NCBI GenBank assembly: GCA_918797485.1
Contig: CAKKNE010000004.1
Span: 1,612,001-1,676,000 of the forward strand
Origin: Pelagomonas calceolata
Taxonomy: Eukaryota
DNA length: 64,000 nt
Direction: 5' to 3'
Shown: positions 35,001-45,730 of the stretch, piece after piece
Layout of the letters: each line of letters starts with the position of its first letter
Numbering within the stretch: position 1 is the first letter of the stretch
Notes under the pieces: model-generated
Databases searched by the model: none
Told to the model about the DNA's origin: nothing
The model's input: the letters and a program-made list of their open reading frames with translations, nothing else
Translations under genes and position numbers: made by a program

Positions 35001-36671
35001 TCAGGACTAAGGGTTTCCTCCATACGTGATGGGAGCCACCACGCACCCCGAACTTCGGTATCTTTAGTCAACAAGACTCTTTCGGTCGCTGGTGCATCTG
35101 TCCGCACATCGTCTTACGCGGAACCCCATCTTGATCCTAAGGTTTCCTCGGTTGCATTTTCTTTCTATGATGGCGGAGACTCAGACGACGAAGAAGTTGC
35201 ACCGATCAATGCAGCCGTCCTAGATATATCAACTGGTAGTAAGCACGGACAGCAGGCTCGTGAGACTGCTCGGACAGCTCTCGAGTTTGCATTCCTGCTG
35301 ATGGTCTGCGTTGTCGGTGAACATCGCATGCCATCTGGCTTCCTACCTGCAGGAACCACGATAGCACCCGAGAATCCTGATCTCTGGTCCTTTATCATGG
35401 TTCTAGTTTTTCTCGTTTCGCTGCTCAATGTGGAAGTCCTCGAAGAAGGAACCGAGGTGTTCTTGTCGCGCGCCCAGGCCAATGAGTGGAAAGGCTGGAT
35501 GCAGGTTGCATTTGTTGCCTATCACTATACAAACAATAATGACGTCTATGTTCCGATACGTTGGTGCGTCTCTGCCTATGTCTGGCTCACCGGCTTTGGG
35601 AATGGAGTTTACTTTTGGTCATCGGGTGATTTCTCATTCAAACGCTTCGCCCAGCAACTTTGGCGCATGAACTTTCTTTGCCTTTTTCTCTCGCTTTCGA
35701 CCGGTACCCCCTGGATCGAATACTACTTTGTTGCCCTTGCCACGGTTCACTTTACACTTATTTGGGTCTCGTTGGGTCTGGCCAGGGCCTTTGGCCACTT
35801 TGTTGCAGAATGGGAGAAACCCGACAAGAAGGAAAGTAGAGAAGCATGCTATGTAGAGAAGGCCCTTGGGTGTGGAATTATGATTGGTCTTTGTTGTCTC
35901 ATCTGGCTTGATCCTCACAACGACGGAGAGGGTGTTTACGACGTTGTTTTTCGCCCGAGTCTTCTTACCATATCAGAGCACACAGAATGGTACTTCTGGA
36001 TGCGCACAAAAATGGACTTCCTCTCTTCCCTTCCCGGCCTTTGCTTCGCTGTTGTCTATACACCCTTTCGAGACTCCTGGCCATATGGTATTTCACGCAC
36101 TGCACGCTGGTGTATTGGGCTATTTTCTAGTCTTCTATTTGCGGCAGCGATATGGATTAGTCAGCTGAAACAATATTGCTGCAATGGTGGTGCCGATTAT
36201 CGCACCGTGAATCCGTACATTGGCACCCTCTGGATTCCTGTTTACCTCCTGTTACGCAATTGTATGCCGTGGCTTTCTCGTCGTATAATGAAGCCTATTG
36301 AATGGATAGGAATGCATTCATTGGAATTTTATCTTCTCCAGTTTCACATATTTCTAACATCAGCCTCCCATCGTATCCTCTATATCATTCCTAAGGAGAG
36401 TTGGGGCTACACGAATATGTGCATTGTTGGATGCATTTACTTTGTCGTCGTCATTAAGGCTCTCGAAGTTACCAACGTGCTAAGAAATATTGCCTGGCGT
36501 GCGAGCCGCAGGAAAGTAATTCTCTCAACTCTATGGACTATCGGTGCCTATACGACGCTTGCAGATGCCAATTGGGACGATGGCACATGCTCGCGTCTGT
36601 CATGGGTACTCTGGTTGATCTGGTGTGCTATAGTAACAGGCCTTTTTGCATATTGGACCATAGCCGTGTAG
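32009..36671 (+). CDS. Secretory-pathway fusion protein: GT-A-type glycosyltransferase-like domain, SGNH/PC-esterase domain, Pro/Thr linker and Cas1/RWA multi-TM O-acetyltransferase domain
   Basis: Signal peptide; LHRLLSSL..YP, WSHG, FVIFEDDVELS; intron 32440-32482; ILGDSISRY and DNFHP (GDS/DxxH); LSRAQANEWKGWMQVAFVAYHY, VSAYVWLTGFGN, SLEFYLLQFHI. Confidence 0.85.
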
Positions 36672-38878
36672 CAATGCCGTGGGTCCTGTACTATTTCTCG
36701 AGGCGCGGCAGAAAGTCGGGTGGTGAAACAATGCAATTCATAGCGGATATCTTAGGTCCCCTTCCGACCAACTCGAAGATGGTTCCGCCCGCCGCAAAGT
36801 ACGCCGCGTTCTCCCATTAAAGAGTGCCAATCTGAGTAGGACGTATATACGATTTGGGGAGTACTACTAGTAGCCACGACGCCAAACCAACTTGGCAAGA
36901 TCCATTTCCCTAACTTGAACTTATCCCTATCTATTATCCCTCTCGGCCTATGCAGGAAATAAGTAGGGTGCGGTGGTATACCGACCCCTTGCAACGGTGT
37001 GAGTGAGTTTGGCGTAAGTGACTCCCCGTGTAATACTAGCACTAACTTGAAGAATGAATGTGGTGTAAACCTTCATTACGTCAAGGTGGGACTAAGTAGG
37101 AGAGAAAGAGGGGCCTAGTGTAGTACTAGGGGGTATATTCTTCGCACTCCCCCTGGACCTTGATATGGTTTGGTTTTTCCTTTTTTTTTCAGTTTGATGA
37201 GTAGAACTTCTGTGTCTACTCTATCGTCACGGTGTGAGCCACAAGCAAATAGTGCCTTGTGTGGTTCGTGGTCGGTGTGTCTAGAGTAATTCGCGGACAT
37301 GAAAGGTCCACAGGGAATATAACCCTTGTATGTAACGAATTGGGGACTTAATTATGTTCAGTCATCAAAGTGTGTCCTCATAGAGTCATTTTCTTCTCCT
37401 CTCGTCGTATCAGATTGATCCATCGTTGTCGGTGTTTTCATGTTGGTTCGAGGCTTTCTTGAAGACGATTGAGGGGGTTGCTCTTTAGCAGGTGTCTTAG
37501 GTTTAGTTTTTGTATCATCTGATGAAGACGCAGCCTCAGGCTGCCAGAGAGTATTAAGATTCGCAGGGTAATTTATCTTAATTAGGACTCATGGAGGATG
37601 TGCCAGTGTCAATTTCTTATCCGAAAAAATTACCCGGGGTTACTCGGGCCATATTGTCCGTCTAGCTAAGCAGTCTGGACACTTATCCGAGTCAGTCCCA
37701 AGACTAAATAGACTGAACCTAGAACTAGAACTGTGTGCCAGACGCGTCATCGAGCAGAACGCGCCATCGAAGCAGACAGGCGGGACGCGAATCAGGATGG
37801 GTGGGACGCGGAATTTGGATCTTCCTCAGGCTCATCAGCTGGACGCGGCAGCGAGCGGCAGCGACGGTTGCGATGCCCTGCTAGACGCGGCGTCGGGGCG
37901 GCGTGCACTGCCTGGGTCGCCGGGTCCACCGAACTTCCCGACCCGCCAAAGGCCTCAGGCTGCCCCGGGCCGCACGTCTACCCCGCCCCCAGTGTCTGGC
38001 ACGAGGCTCGAGCGGCAGCGGGCTCCGCGGCCTCGGACTGCTGGCGCCACCTGCTCGACGGCAGATGTATAGACACGAGTAAGATACACGAGTTGACTTT
38101 GGGGAGGGCTGGGCGCGGCGTCACGGTTGGCGACTTGGGGCAGCGTTTGAACAGCCACTCCTGTAAATATGAGTTTAATGAGCTCAGTCGAGTGTCGCTA
38201 GCGTGGCGCACTCACAAAAAACGGGAGCACCGTCACCCGAGACCCGGGGCCTGGGGTGTTGTTCAAGCTCATCTTTGTATGCGACTCGGAAGTATAGTAT
38301 CAGCCAGCAGCCCGAGTGCGGGCCCGCCCGGGCCGGCGGCTTCTACTTGAAAATAAAATCGAAGGTGAGTTTGTACCGCTAGCTCTTAGTGTTCTTCGCC
38401 GCTCGCCCTTTCAAGTTCAAGTTGTACTACCGTCTAAAAGCGCTCAGGCTCCTCAGGCTCAACCGTGAACCCCGGGGCCTTTGATGAGCACCTTTTTAAC
38501 CGTCGGAGCCGATGCTGCCGCGAATCTGCCGCCGACTAGGACCCCGGATCAGCTCTCACCCGACTCTACCCCCGGGCCCCGGGCCCGGCGGGCCAACCCG
38601 GGCCGTAGTGAGGCTTGCACATTGTGGACATACAGCGTACCGTAGGTACGGTCTGAGTCCAGGTACCGTCTTAGTTCGAAATAACTATAGTCAATTCGGG
38701 TTTGGGGGTGCATACGCCTAGGGAGGGGTGTACCGTCTTAGTCCTACTGCGGTACCTACGGTATTGTATCTAACCTACGGGTACCTACGGTATGGTTGAG
38801 CAATAAACGATTTGTCACATGCCCATGCTGTTTTACATAAATTTGTCCGTGATATAAAGATCAAACTACAGTAGCCGC

Positions 38879-41800
38879 ATGGCACCGGTTAAGAGTGGTC
38901 CCCAGAAGCACAATGATGATCCACTCATCTGGGACCTCACGTTGTTTGCAAGGCGCACGCTTAAGCAGGCGGTACGTACAGAGCGACTTGGAAGTACACG
39001 GGGGCGACAGCCTCGCGGGCTCAGGGTGAACCTAGGAGGCCCGAGGACGGAGAAGCACATGCCCTTCGTGCCCAAACCGTTACCTCGGGACATCCTCTTA
39101 ATGAGCCAAGACTCACTCTCGCTTAGATATGAGAAAGGCACGAGTCGCGCGAGCCAAGCAAGTACTCTCAATATTCCTACAGAAACAGCAAAGCTACCAG
39201 CGCTAAGCCCCAGGCCTAATGAGTGTAAGATCCTCAGAGATACGAGGCCATTATTGGAGGGGACGTCATCATCCGCACCTAAAAGTACTGTGCAGCCGGC
39301 CTCAGTCCAGAAGACAATTGAGGAATTGAAGGCTTCGCCATTCAATGGTATTGCTGGTGGACAAGCGCCCAGGCTACCCCTGCCCAGCCTTGCATCTCCG
39401 CATAACCTGTGCGAACTTAAGGGTAAAAATGCGAATATCGAGAAGACTGGGCCGACAATATGGTCTGTTGAGGACTTGAATAGCAAATATAGAAACAAGC
39501 TTCTGCGTAAGAGCGCTCACCACGTCTCACTCAAGGTGCAAGAGCTTCAGTCAGAGCTGGTGAAAGAGGAGTCATTGATTAGCGTTGTAGGGCTCACGAG
39601 ACATCCGCTGCTTGCCCTATGTGATCAGCACACAGAGACGGCAAACTTACTTTGCATAGGACGAGGCCGTGCACGTTGCGTGGCAAGGCGATTTGTATTG
39701 GAGGTTCATCAAATCTGGCTGACAAATCTTGACCACCTCGAAGCCTCAAATCGCGGTGCTATCCCGCGACACCGCCGAATAGACATTGATGCTATTCTTG
39801 GCGTGAAGTCACAGGTTCAATCAGTTGCCAGCAAAAACTCTTGGCGTCTCCTGACATCACAAAGCCCTGCATCAGCATTTCTCATCTCGACGCCCAGCTT
39901 GCTTTCTCTGCCGACGACAAAAAATGCCCTCCTCTTTGAGCAAGGTCTGGAAACCGTCACTATTTTATCATGTGAACACCTTATGCGTGGTGGTGTTGTT
40001 TACTTGGCGTCACTCATGCGAGAATTCTGGCCAGGGTACATGATACCAGCCAAGTGGCGATTCTCGTTTTACGACCCACTCACGGGCGTGAAAACGTCAG
40101 CTGTGACATATGAGGGTGCTGAAACATTTAGGAATTCCGCTGTGCCGCTTGCACCATTGATACTTGCACCAGGCTTGGCTCGTCCCCCATCGGTAGAACA
40201 TAATTTAGTTTACACGCAGGGTTGCCTAATTCAGGGAGCAAAATGTGGATCTGTTGCAGCCGCCATCTGTCAAGTTTTTGTTTGTAGCCCCCGCGCGGAC
40301 GACCGTAACCGCATTGTTTTCTTTGATTTTGTGCTATTACCATGCAATAAGATACTCGCTCCGTGGCAGATTCAACTTGATGCGCTTGATATAGTTGGGC
40401 AGCTTGGCCTCTCACACGCGCCGTGCACGGTGGCTGAGTGGTGGTGCCAGCAAGGACAGGCCGGACTCTATGCGTCACTGCTTGCCCAGTTTGTCTGGAA
40501 GGCCGATGCACTGCAGCTGCAAACACCTCGGGGGGAGTCCTCATTAGCGTGGGGCTTTGACTTCAAGTTGGTTGCAACTCGTGCCGCTGAGTACCTCGGT
40601 ATCTTGACTGTAGAATCGCCGCAGTCTGGTCATCAGCATATTGCTTGTTTGGAGTTAGAAGGAGAATCTTACGATGAGGATGTACGCGCTATCAACAACC
40701 AAAGTGATGTTTTAAATCAGGGTGTACTTGCTGAGGGAGGTAATCCGCAGCAACTTAAGCAAAGACCCGTAGCTTCTCTATCGCTCTCCGTCTCCGGCGC
40801 GTGGGATCGTGCTTTTCAAGTGCCTGGAACGACAGGCGTCGGCACTTCTAGGCGCAACGTTACGATCCACGATCTCACTTTGCGGACCCAGATTCTACAG
40901 AATTGCGATGATGATCTACTCACAGATGGCCCTGAGACGATTGCGAGCCTGTACCGCGCTAACATGAGACTCCTTGATAGTGTCATTATCAATGTTGCGC
41001 AGGCGTTAGAATGTATTATTTTCTCCCCAAGTCACATATCCTGGGATAACGTAAACTTGAACCCGCCAGACGTATTCAGTTTTACCCACACGATTTGCAT
41101 TCCAGTTGTGCAGAAAACCCATCTCTGTCATGGTTGCTATGCATTCCTGTCACCAGCCACATGCATCGTCAGTCGATGTATTTTTGTGCTTACAACCAAC
41201 ACAGTTTCAGCTGGCTGTGGTATTGGCTCCAAAGTGGCCCCCATTGAAAATATTCCCGAGAGTGATGAGCGTGGGTTCCGTGTCGTGGTTTCATGCGCCC
41301 TGATTTCCCCGGCTCGGGACCTGAATATCCATTTTTTTTCACTGACGCGGGACGTTGCAACTCCCAACAAGGGTGCGCTGACCGACCGAGCTAATCGACA
41401 CTCAACAGAAATTTGCATATTGATCCTCAGCCGCATCCGCGTCGTCGATGACTATATCCACATACTCCACAAAAAGTCCCATCAGGGAGCCAATGACCCA
41501 GGCTTCTACAGCATCCATCTGCAACATGCCGGGTTCAGTGCACTGAGCCGTAGTGACTTAGCAACATCAAAAGAAGTAATTTCCATAGAACAGGAGCACA
41601 ATTTGCTTAAGGAGAAACGACGCCGCCTTGAGGATAAGCTTTCAAAGGGCAGAAAGTTTCTTGCGGGTAGGGAACAATCAAGTCCACGCCCCCAAAACAC
41701 ACAGGCTGCCATGTGCGAGGATAAGAGCCTTGAGGTGGTAGGAAATAACATCAACCCGAACACTGTAGATGGCAAACTCGCCAAATCCAAGGAAAGTATG

Positions 41801-42706
41801 ATCACATCAAGAGCTGTCGTGGACCTGCTGGCAACAAAGCTAGGTATTTCACAGTTCCATGTCTCGCAAAGCGTGGGGGTTAGAAAGTTTGCACTAAGTT
41901 CCGACGAGGAAAATGCATTTAGCCCCTCGTCGAAGATGACAGAACCTCTAAACCGACGGCCCGCGCGACCCGATCTGCCGCCGCTGTTACCTGGGCAATC
42001 GATGAATTCCACTGTGACTAAGGGTCCACTCGCGTGGCGACGTATACATCGCCACTCAAAGGCAAAGTTAACCATGAAATCGTCGTTTTTGGAATCACGC
42101 ATCCAGGGCGCCATTGACTCTATTGTAAACACAGCGCCTCAGCCCGCAATTGTGGGCATGGTCCATCCAGCCACTGGAACTAAACACATTGTCCCTGCCT
42201 TTTTAACAATTCATGATGATTGCATATTGATTACAGAAATTCTTGAGGCAACAGTTCAATCTCTTGAGCACAAGAAAGGACTCAAGGCCGACACCGAACT
42301 ATCTGCCAAGGAACGTCTTCTTGCACAGTCGGACAAAGGTACGTCGTCGATTGCCGATCAGATTTCTGAGCTTGAGACTGTGGCCTTCATTCGTTGCAAG
42401 CTTGGACATGCCGATGGCGTTGAGGAATGCCTTGACCAGGAAGTTGCGATAGAAAACCGAGATGAGCACGGAAACACACTCTTGATAATTTCAGCACAGC
42501 AAAATGACAAAAAAATGCTCAAACTGCTCCTTCGTCGTGGTGCCGATATCAACGCCCAAAACTCAACAGGAAATACTGCGCTTCACTATACGAATGAGTA
42601 CAAATTTACTGCGCTCACAGAATATATCCTCAACAAGGGTGGAAATGACACTCTCCTTAACATGAAGGGGCTTACTTGCTACGAAGGTGTGAATGGAGTG
42701 AGCTAA
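38879..42706 (+). CDS. Large protein of unknown function with C-terminal ankyrin repeats
   Basis: 1275-codon ORF containing DEHGNTLLIISAQQN...LLRRGADINAQNSTGNTALHY. Confidence 0.8.
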   Translation: MAPVKSGPQKHNDDPLIWDLTLFARRTLKQAVRTERLGSTRGRQPRGLRVNLGGPRTEKHMPFVPKPLPRDILLMSQDSLSLRYEKGTSRASQASTLNIPTETAKLPALSPRPNECKILRDTRPLLEGTSSSAPKSTVQPASVQKTIEELKASPFNGIAGGQAPRLPLPSLASPHNLCELKGKNANIEKTGPTIWSVEDLNSKYRNKLLRKSAHHVSLKVQELQSELVKEESLISVVGLTRHPLLALCDQHTETANLLCIGRGRARCVARRFVLEVHQIWLTNLDHLEASNRGAIPRHRRIDIDAILGVKSQVQSVASKNSWRLLTSQSPASAFLISTPSLLSLPTTKNALLFEQGLETVTILSCEHLMRGGVVYLASLMREFWPGYMIPAKWRFSFYDPLTGVKTSAVTYEGAETFRNSAVPLAPLILAPGLARPPSVEHNLVYTQGCLIQGAKCGSVAAAICQVFVCSPRADDRNRIVFFDFVLLPCNKILAPWQIQLDALDIVGQLGLSHAPCTVAEWWCQQGQAGLYASLLAQFVWKADALQLQTPRGESSLAWGFDFKLVATRAAEYLGILTVESPQSGHQHIACLELEGESYDEDVRAINNQSDVLNQGVLAEGGNPQQLKQRPVASLSLSVSGAWDRAFQVPGTTGVGTSRRNVTIHDLTLRTQILQNCDDDLLTDGPETIASLYRANMRLLDSVIINVAQALECIIFSPSHISWDNVNLNPPDVFSFTHTICIPVVQKTHLCHGCYAFLSPATCIVSRCIFVLTTNTVSAGCGIGSKVAPIENIPESDERGFRVVVSCALISPARDLNIHFFSLTRDVATPNKGALTDRANRHSTEICILILSRIRVVDDYIHILHKKSHQGANDPGFYSIHLQHAGFSALSRSDLATSKEVISIEQEHNLLKEKRRRLEDKLSKGRKFLAGREQSSPRPQNTQAAMCEDKSLEVVGNNINPNTVDGKLAKSKESMITSRAVVDLLATKLGISQFHVSQSVGVRKFALSSDEENAFSPSSKMTEPLNRRPARPDLPPLLPGQSMNSTVTKGPLAWRRIHRHSKAKLTMKSSFLESRIQGAIDSIVNTAPQPAIVGMVHPATGTKHIVPAFLTIHDDCILITEILEATVQSLEHKKGLKADTELSAKERLLAQSDKGTSSIADQISELETVAFIRCKLGHADGVEECLDQEVAIENRDEHGNTLLIISAQQNDKKMLKLLLRRGADINAQNSTGNTALHYTNEYKFTALTEYILNKGGNDTLLNMKGLTCYEGVNGVS

Positions 42707-43705
42707 AGCTGTAGTTATTTCTATGGCACGATTTCCTTCTTCCTGTGTCGGAGTTGGAATGTTCAGTTTCCATGTGCCACCAGGGGACATTTTTCTCAGG
42801 TGTAGAATCAACCCCTGTTAGGGCCATCATGATGTAGGATGGTTTCTTTCACGTAGGCCGGCCGGCCTAATTAAATTAGACTTTCACTAGCAGGAAATGA
42901 TTTCCCGAGGGTCCCGGGCCTCTATCCCAGGCCTGGATGCACAAACGTAGTCATTAAGCTTGGTGGCGTGCCAAAAGAATCGCGCGACGCAGCACGAATA
43001 CCACTAGCGCGATGTTTGGTCCAGGAAAAAAAAAATCCGCCGAATCCCAACCATTTCGCCTCCCTCTTTGTCAAAAGGGGGCGACAGACTTAAAAGTGTT
43101 AGTAGATTACTTGTAGTATGAAAAAATGCTGTGCCCATGGATTCATCTTTTTGTTGGACAAGTTCAAACGGTTTACCAAGTGCCAGTCCCGGTGCCGTTT
43201 TGTTGGACTTGCTGGGACGGCCTGAGGGCGAGGCCCCGCTTCCGCCCGCGGGGCTCACCGGGAATACCCTAGGAGCTCCTTTGACGCATGGGTTTCCTTG
43301 AACACTAACCTTCAAGTTCGACTGACGCTTCCTCCCCCCCGGCGCCGGCCAAAAGTGCACTGCCCCAGACAAAAGCGATCGCGCATCATAGTGGAGCCGA
43401 CGCTTTGGCGCTGCCTCGATGAACACACACCTTCCGAAGCCCCGTGACCCTGAACTTGAACTTGACTCGGAACTTGAAACGTTGCGCATCCTTGTACCGG
43501 TACTACGGCCACCTGCCCGCAGGTCTACTCCCACCTTTATTCGCCCGCCTCTGGATGGCGAAGATATGCGCTACGTCCAGATTACGCCCAGAGTCCGCTG
43601 TATAGGGTACAAGGTGGTACGGGCGTCAAGAGTACTATACTTCTCAATGAGACATATAAGGTTAGTTCCGTCTAGCCTCCATCAAGACCGGACTGCTCGG
43701 GACGC

Positions 43706-45730
43706 ATGCGTTACAAAGTTGTCTCAATCCCTTGGGCGGCAGATGGGACCCATGAACTTGATTGGGATGCTGAAGTGGCCACAACTTTAAAAGAGCAGAG
43801 TACTCATGTTAAATGCGTCATTCAACCTGCAGAAGCAGAGGGATCGGTCACCCGTCGCACGACAGCAGCGACACTAGCAAGAACAATGATGATGGTTGGA
43901 CATGAATTTATGGTTAGACCCCGACGCAATATTTCGGCCGGCATGCATCTATCTTTTTTCGGCGGGGCTCTTGGCACACGTGCTGACAGTTTGAAACCAG
44001 GTTTATTGGCGCAGCTACCTGAGGGACTATTATGGAGGAGAGAGGGGGGATCGGAAGTGGTTTTCGAAGTCAACGCCAAGAATGCATCAAGTGTAGTGTT
44101 CTCAAACTCACAGGGCGTTTCTCTGGTGTCAAGTTGGACTACTAAAGCTGAGCGCTGGGGCGCGGCAACTGTGTCTGCCTGCTTGGTTATCATTGGAAAG
44201 CGTGGATTGTCTGGAAAGTGGCGGGCATGGATAGAGAACCATTATCGATGGATTGTCTGGAAATTAGCAGCTGTCTCAAGGCAGTTTTGCGTAGCCCGGT
44301 TGACCTTTGAAAATATCCTCTTGCATCTCAAGTCGAGGTTTGAACGTGAAGTTGAACGTAGGTGCAGACCGGGATTAAAGGAATTGTGTCTGGATGAGTC
44401 AGGTAGCATGGGTCTCCTCATCCTAGTAGTCTCCAACATGTATGGTGGGAATGGTAAGGGCGAGATATTGGTGGAATTAACTGACGGTTGGTATAGAATT
44501 CATGGCATCTTCGACAAAGACCTCAGTTGCCGCTGTGCACGGGGCCAAATTCGTGTTGGCACAAAACTTGCTCTCCAAGGCTTTGAGATCTTGCGTGGTA
44601 CATTGACAGACAAATTTTCAGCGCTACTTGCAGGCAATGATGTACCGACCTTGTGGCTACATTTCAATGGAACACGTTTAGCCCGTTCAGCCGCCAGGCT
44701 GGGGTTTCAAAAGTATCGGAATTCAATGGTACTAACGCCATATTCTCTCTCCTCAAGTGGTGGCGTTATTTCAGCAGTTGAGGCTGTAGTGCAGCGCATT
44801 CGACTCCCATCCCAGATATCCTTGTTGCAAGAGCAAACCGTTCTGTGGCTCGCCGCACCAAAATTGCATGGAATCGCAAACGAGACACACCTCCGTATAT
44901 CATTTGACACCACACAGAATGGCACTTACACAGAAATTTGTGAAGGCGATACGATCAGAGTTCACTATGTCATTGCGGTTCCCGGTCACGCGGGCGAGTT
45001 TTTGCTCAAGCGAACATTTCATTCCCGCTGTGAAGCAATCGAATCGCCAGCTTCACTTCGCGATCTTGCCGCAAGTCAATATATCCCGCGGTCACTTTGT
45101 TGCGGATCACATCTTGCCTGCTTGGGCCGTGATAATGTTGGATCCCGAGTTGATACTGTTGGCATAATTTTGGCAACTTACGATAGCAGTGCCTCCTATA
45201 GTACGCTTGTTCTTTATGACTACTCCCAAGATCTCATTTTTGTTTCCCTAAGAAGAGATCGGAGACAACACAGCAGCCGTAATCTCTTGGGCATTCCGCC
45301 CGGATCTCAAGTTGCTGTGCTGCATGCTTCTCTACTTTCAACCCTAGATGACTGTGCCATGCTCACTTGTGATGACCTGGCTGTTGTTTGTTCCTCGAGA
45401 CGCTCTCTGGGTAAGGCGTCATTTGGAAGCACACGGGAAAGACTGCAAAATGACTGGGATGCATTGGAGCGATGGGCCAGGGTTCCGCTTGCCATGTTTG
45501 CTGAGGCGAGTTTACTGTGTCGGAAGATCAAGTGTACGATGTTACAGGCAAAAAGAAATTCCTATGGTGGCCTGTCAACCCCCTTGGCTCTTCTTGCTAA
45601 GTCACTCGACGGAAAATCCCGCGCGGAACTTGAGCTGGCTCAAGATGCTGAAGATCTTGATGTAGCAATCCGGGCCATGCACGCTAGTGGCAATCTGTAC
45701 TACGCTAATGAAAAGTACTACCTTATGTGA
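43706..45730 (+). CDS. BRCA2: BRCA2-like protein (helical domain plus OB folds)
   Basis: WIENHYRWIVWKLA, LKSRFEREV, VELTDGWY.I, IRVGTKL and NGTRLA....LGF are typical of the BRCA2 DNA-binding domain. The start is uncertain. Confidence 0.85.
   Translation: MRYKVVSIPWAADGTHELDWDAEVATTLKEQSTHVKCVIQPAEAEGSVTRRTTAATLARTMMMVGHEFMVRPRRNISAGMHLSFFGGALGTRADSLKPGLLAQLPEGLLWRREGGSEVVFEVNAKNASSVVFSNSQGVSLVSSWTTKAERWGAATVSACLVIIGKRGLSGKWRAWIENHYRWIVWKLAAVSRQFCVARLTFENILLHLKSRFEREVERRCRPGLKELCLDESGSMGLLILVVSNMYGGNGKGEILVELTDGWYRIHGIFDKDLSCRCARGQIRVGTKLALQGFEILRGTLTDKFSALLAGNDVPTLWLHFNGTRLARSAARLGFQKYRNSMVLTPYSLSSSGGVISAVEAVVQRIRLPSQISLLQEQTVLWLAAPKLHGIANETHLRISFDTTQNGTYTEICEGDTIRVHYVIAVPGHAGEFLLKRTFHSRCEAIESPASLRDLAASQYIPRSLCCGSHLACLGRDNVGSRVDTVGIILATYDSSASYSTLVLYDYSQDLIFVSLRRDRRQHSSRNLLGIPPGSQVAVLHASLLSTLDDCAMLTCDDLAVVCSSRRSLGKASFGSTRERLQNDWDALERWARVPLAMFAEASLLCRKIKCTMLQAKRNSYGGLSTPLALLAKSLDGKSRAELELAQDAEDLDVAIRAMHASGNLYYANEKYYLM

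Noticed and set aside
37115..37160. Helitron 3' end
   Set aside because: The hairpin is weak, the base following CTAG is not T at either copy, and I found no 5' TC end or Rep/helicase relic.
36740..37560. Retrotransposon or transposase pseudogene
   Set aside because: The sequence looks vaguely coding-like, but I could not identify any RT, integrase or DDE motif by eye; a translated homology search is needed.
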